From an uncultured virus (IMG/VR IMGVR_UViG_3300035698_019702) (lineage: Duplodnaviria; Heunggongvirae; Uroviricota; Caudoviricetes): 64,000 nucleotides of DNA. Positions 61,996 to 64,000 of this stretch are shown here, in pieces. Made by a program: the position numbers and the translations under genes. Position 1 is the first letter of the stretch. The number at the start of each line of letters is the position of its first letter. The stretch lies in IMG/VR virus record IMGVR_UViG_3300035698_019702, one strand, 5' to 3'. Below the pieces are notes generated by a model. The model ran no database searches. It had not been told where the DNA came from and saw nothing but the letters and a program-made list of their open reading frames with translations.

Positions 61996-63062
61996 TGTCG
62001 TTATTAAGTTCATCGAGAGGTTTGTGGTTATTTGACCGGACTTTAGTTGATGAAGTTCAGAATAACGATTTTATAATCTCATCGGGCACAGCGGAATATC
62101 AAGCTTTTCAGAAATTCGATTTACCTTCAAATTCTACTGAGACGAAGTACGGGTTGGTTTTTCGTGATGGAATCACTTTTACTTCATCAACGACGGGGGT
62201 GGCACAACTGTCATCTGGTGGTCAATTTTCATTCGCTATTTCTTTTTGGTGGTATTCGCCAGGTGCTGTGGGATATGTTAGAAACGCTCGTACTAGGAAC
62301 AATACATCCAAAGTTGCCCCCATTTTGGGTATTGGGACATCAGGTATTTATGGTGATAACCTTGACAGGGAGTATATCAGTGTAGGTGAAATCCTAATTT
62401 GTGAAGTTGCGGCTTCTGCAACTCAGAATGCTATCCGATATGAAGTTTGCCAGGACAATAGCAACCCAACACATAGATTTGAATCCTCAGCATACAGCCC
62501 AGGTCTCCGACATGTGTTTATAAGTCACCACACAGAATCAGGTGTTTCTGTAGTTAGAATGTTTATTGATGGAAAAATGGAGCAGGAGTTCGTTGGTCCG
62601 GCTCAGAATATTAACACCCCAACAAGTTCTCCTGTGAGATTGAACTCATTATATCATGGCCCTACTGCTCATAAAGTAACTCAAGATGGGGCATATATTT
62701 CAGAGTTAGTTATTCGAGGGGATGCTTCATCGGGCATAGACTCAAATGAAGCAGGTTCAGTATTTAAGTTTGGCTGGGAAACTTTGCTTGATTCCGATAC
62801 TTCTGCTTACCAGTATGATTACTTTGGAGTTAGTTATGAACAACCTTCCACGATAACAACCAACCAAATTTATTCCGAGGGTGGAAGTATCTATGTAGCT
62901 CGATCTAACGGTGAAATAATGCGCGGAGAGAGCCCTATCTGGGATAATTCATTCAACTATACTACTGAAGGAAGTCTTCGGCATATCACTATACGAGACT
63001 CGACTAAAGCAAGCCGACTGACAACAGGGTTACAACTTACTGGTACCACCGTGAGGATATAG
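61995..63062 (+). CDS. LamG/concanavalin-like domain protein
   Basis: FAISFWW...RHVFISH...VRMFIDGK...YISELVI pattern. Confidence 0.55.
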   Translation: MSLLSSSRGLWLFDRTLVDEVQNNDFIISSGTAEYQAFQKFDLPSNSTETKYGLVFRDGITFTSSTTGVAQLSSGGQFSFAISFWWYSPGAVGYVRNARTRNNTSKVAPILGIGTSGIYGDNLDREYISVGEILICEVAASATQNAIRYEVCQDNSNPTHRFESSAYSPGLRHVFISHHTESGVSVVRMFIDGKMEQEFVGPAQNINTPTSSPVRLNSLYHGPTAHKVTQDGAYISELVIRGDASSGIDSNEAGSVFKFGWETLLDSDTSAYQYDYFGVSYEQPSTITTNQIYSEGGSIYVARSNGEIMRGESPIWDNSFNYTTEGSLRHITIRDSTKASRLTTGLQLTGTTVRI

Positions 63063-63063
63063 C

Positions 63064-64000
63064 ATGGCTCAAATAGGAAACATCAAGGTAAATGGGCTAG
63101 CTGCTGAAACATCTGTTCCAGTAGTAGCACCCCAGCCATATATCACATGGACTTTTGAAGGTGATGCTGGGTCACCAGCACAAGTTACCTATTCGATTAG
63201 GATTAGTTCTGAGTCCACTAACTGGGGTAACAGCCTATTCAGTGGGACAGTCCTATCTATTGACGTGGACAGCAGTGAGAGTTCGTATCACTATGAAGGT
63301 TTTCAACTCTCAAGGGGAGTAACGTATTATGGACAAGTTAGTGCTACTGATATTGACGAGGACTCCTTAGTTTGGACCAAGTTTTCGTTCACAGTAAACC
63401 GATTACCGTTTGTTACAGGATACTCGTTGTCGCCATCAAGCCCTACCTCATCTGATCATGTTGATCTCATCTATACTTTCCAGGATACCGATGGCCATAG
63501 TCAGGGTGGCTCCTTGATTCGGTGGTTCAAAAACAACCTTCCAATGACCGATTACGACAATCTGTGCACTTTACCATCTAGTGCTACAAACCCTGGAGAT
63601 TACTGGAGTACTAAAATTATCCCATCAGATGGGATTGAATTTGGCTCTATGGTGGAAACTATTGCCGTCACTATTGATTCTGTAGATTCAAATATTACAT
63701 TAGTCCAGATATTACCCACAGATGCCAATGTGGATGATGTTTTAAGAGTACAATATTTAATACAAGATGATGAGTATTTCACTTTCACGGGTACCACTCA
63801 AGTAGAGTGGTATGTCAACGATGTGTTATATGCTATAGGCAACGAATATATCAGACCATCGTTGATCGTAGGTGACTCTGTTTATGCAATAGTTAAGTTG
63901 CTAGATGGAGAGTCTGTTATATCACAACAAACGAGTAATACTCTTATTATCGAAGATGTACTATGGCATATTGATGACCTAACAATCAGTGGCCTGGTTG
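63064..64000 (+). CDS. FN3/Ig-repeat virion protein, truncated by the window end (not in ORF track)
   Basis: ATG at 63064; frame MAQIGNIKVNG...QVTYSIRISS...LSRGVTYYGQVSATD...IRWFKNN... appears open to the window end. Confidence 0.75.
   Translation, partial: MAQIGNIKVNGLAAETSVPVVAPQPYITWTFEGDAGSPAQVTYSIRISSESTNWGNSLFSGTVLSIDVDSSESSYHYEGFQLSRGVTYYGQVSATDIDEDSLVWTKFSFTVNRLPFVTGYSLSPSSPTSSDHVDLIYTFQDTDGHSQGGSLIRWFKNNLPMTDYDNLCTLPSSATNPGDYWSTKIIPSDGIEFGSMVETIAVTIDSVDSNITLVQILPTDANVDDVLRVQYLIQDDEYFTFTGTTQVEWYVNDVLYAIGNEYIRPSLIVGDSVYAIVKLLDGESVISQQTSNTLIIEDVLWHIDDLTISGLV

Noticed and set aside
837..63797. Numerous minus-strand and alternative-frame ORFs of 60-218 aa
   Set aside because: Nearly all lie within or opposite longer + strand genes and lack motifs; treated as shadow ORFs
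1..64000. CRISPR array, tRNA/rRNA, DGR, integrase/transposase or stop-codon reassignment
   Set aside because: None seen by eye; intergenic space is minimal and the standard code gives long, tightly coupled ORFs

Overview
A gene-dense, AT-rich segment of a large tailed phage (jumbo-phage-like) genome, with every credible gene on the + strand. It covers the virion morphogenesis region: neck/head-tail genes, tail tube, tail chaperones, tape measure, tail-tip/baseplate genes and two giant paralogous adhesin/fibre-like proteins (~4,950 and 3,814 aa). No tail sheath, capsid or terminase gene is recognisable. Highlights: (1) a 'Russian-doll' region in the largest protein, where eight N-terminal halves of a beta-sandwich repeat are followed by eight C-terminal halves, implying eight nested domains with a propeller-like domain at the tip; (2) a 230-nt ORF-less group I intron (25328-25557), missed by the ORF track, splitting a tail gene that appears to start at a non-canonical ATT, about 0.55 kb from a free-standing zinc-ribbon endonuclease; (3) an actin-fold ATPase resembling haloarchaeal volactin, carrying a 139-aa mini-intein; (4) a tandemly duplicated [partner + giant adhesin] cassette whose two copies carry different domains in different loops; (5) duplicated tail chaperones instead of a G/GT frameshift; (6) an Acb1-like 2H phosphoesterase and two GT4-like glycosyltransferases among the structural genes. 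Family assignments come from motif recognition by eye, not database searches, and internal domain coordinates are approximate.
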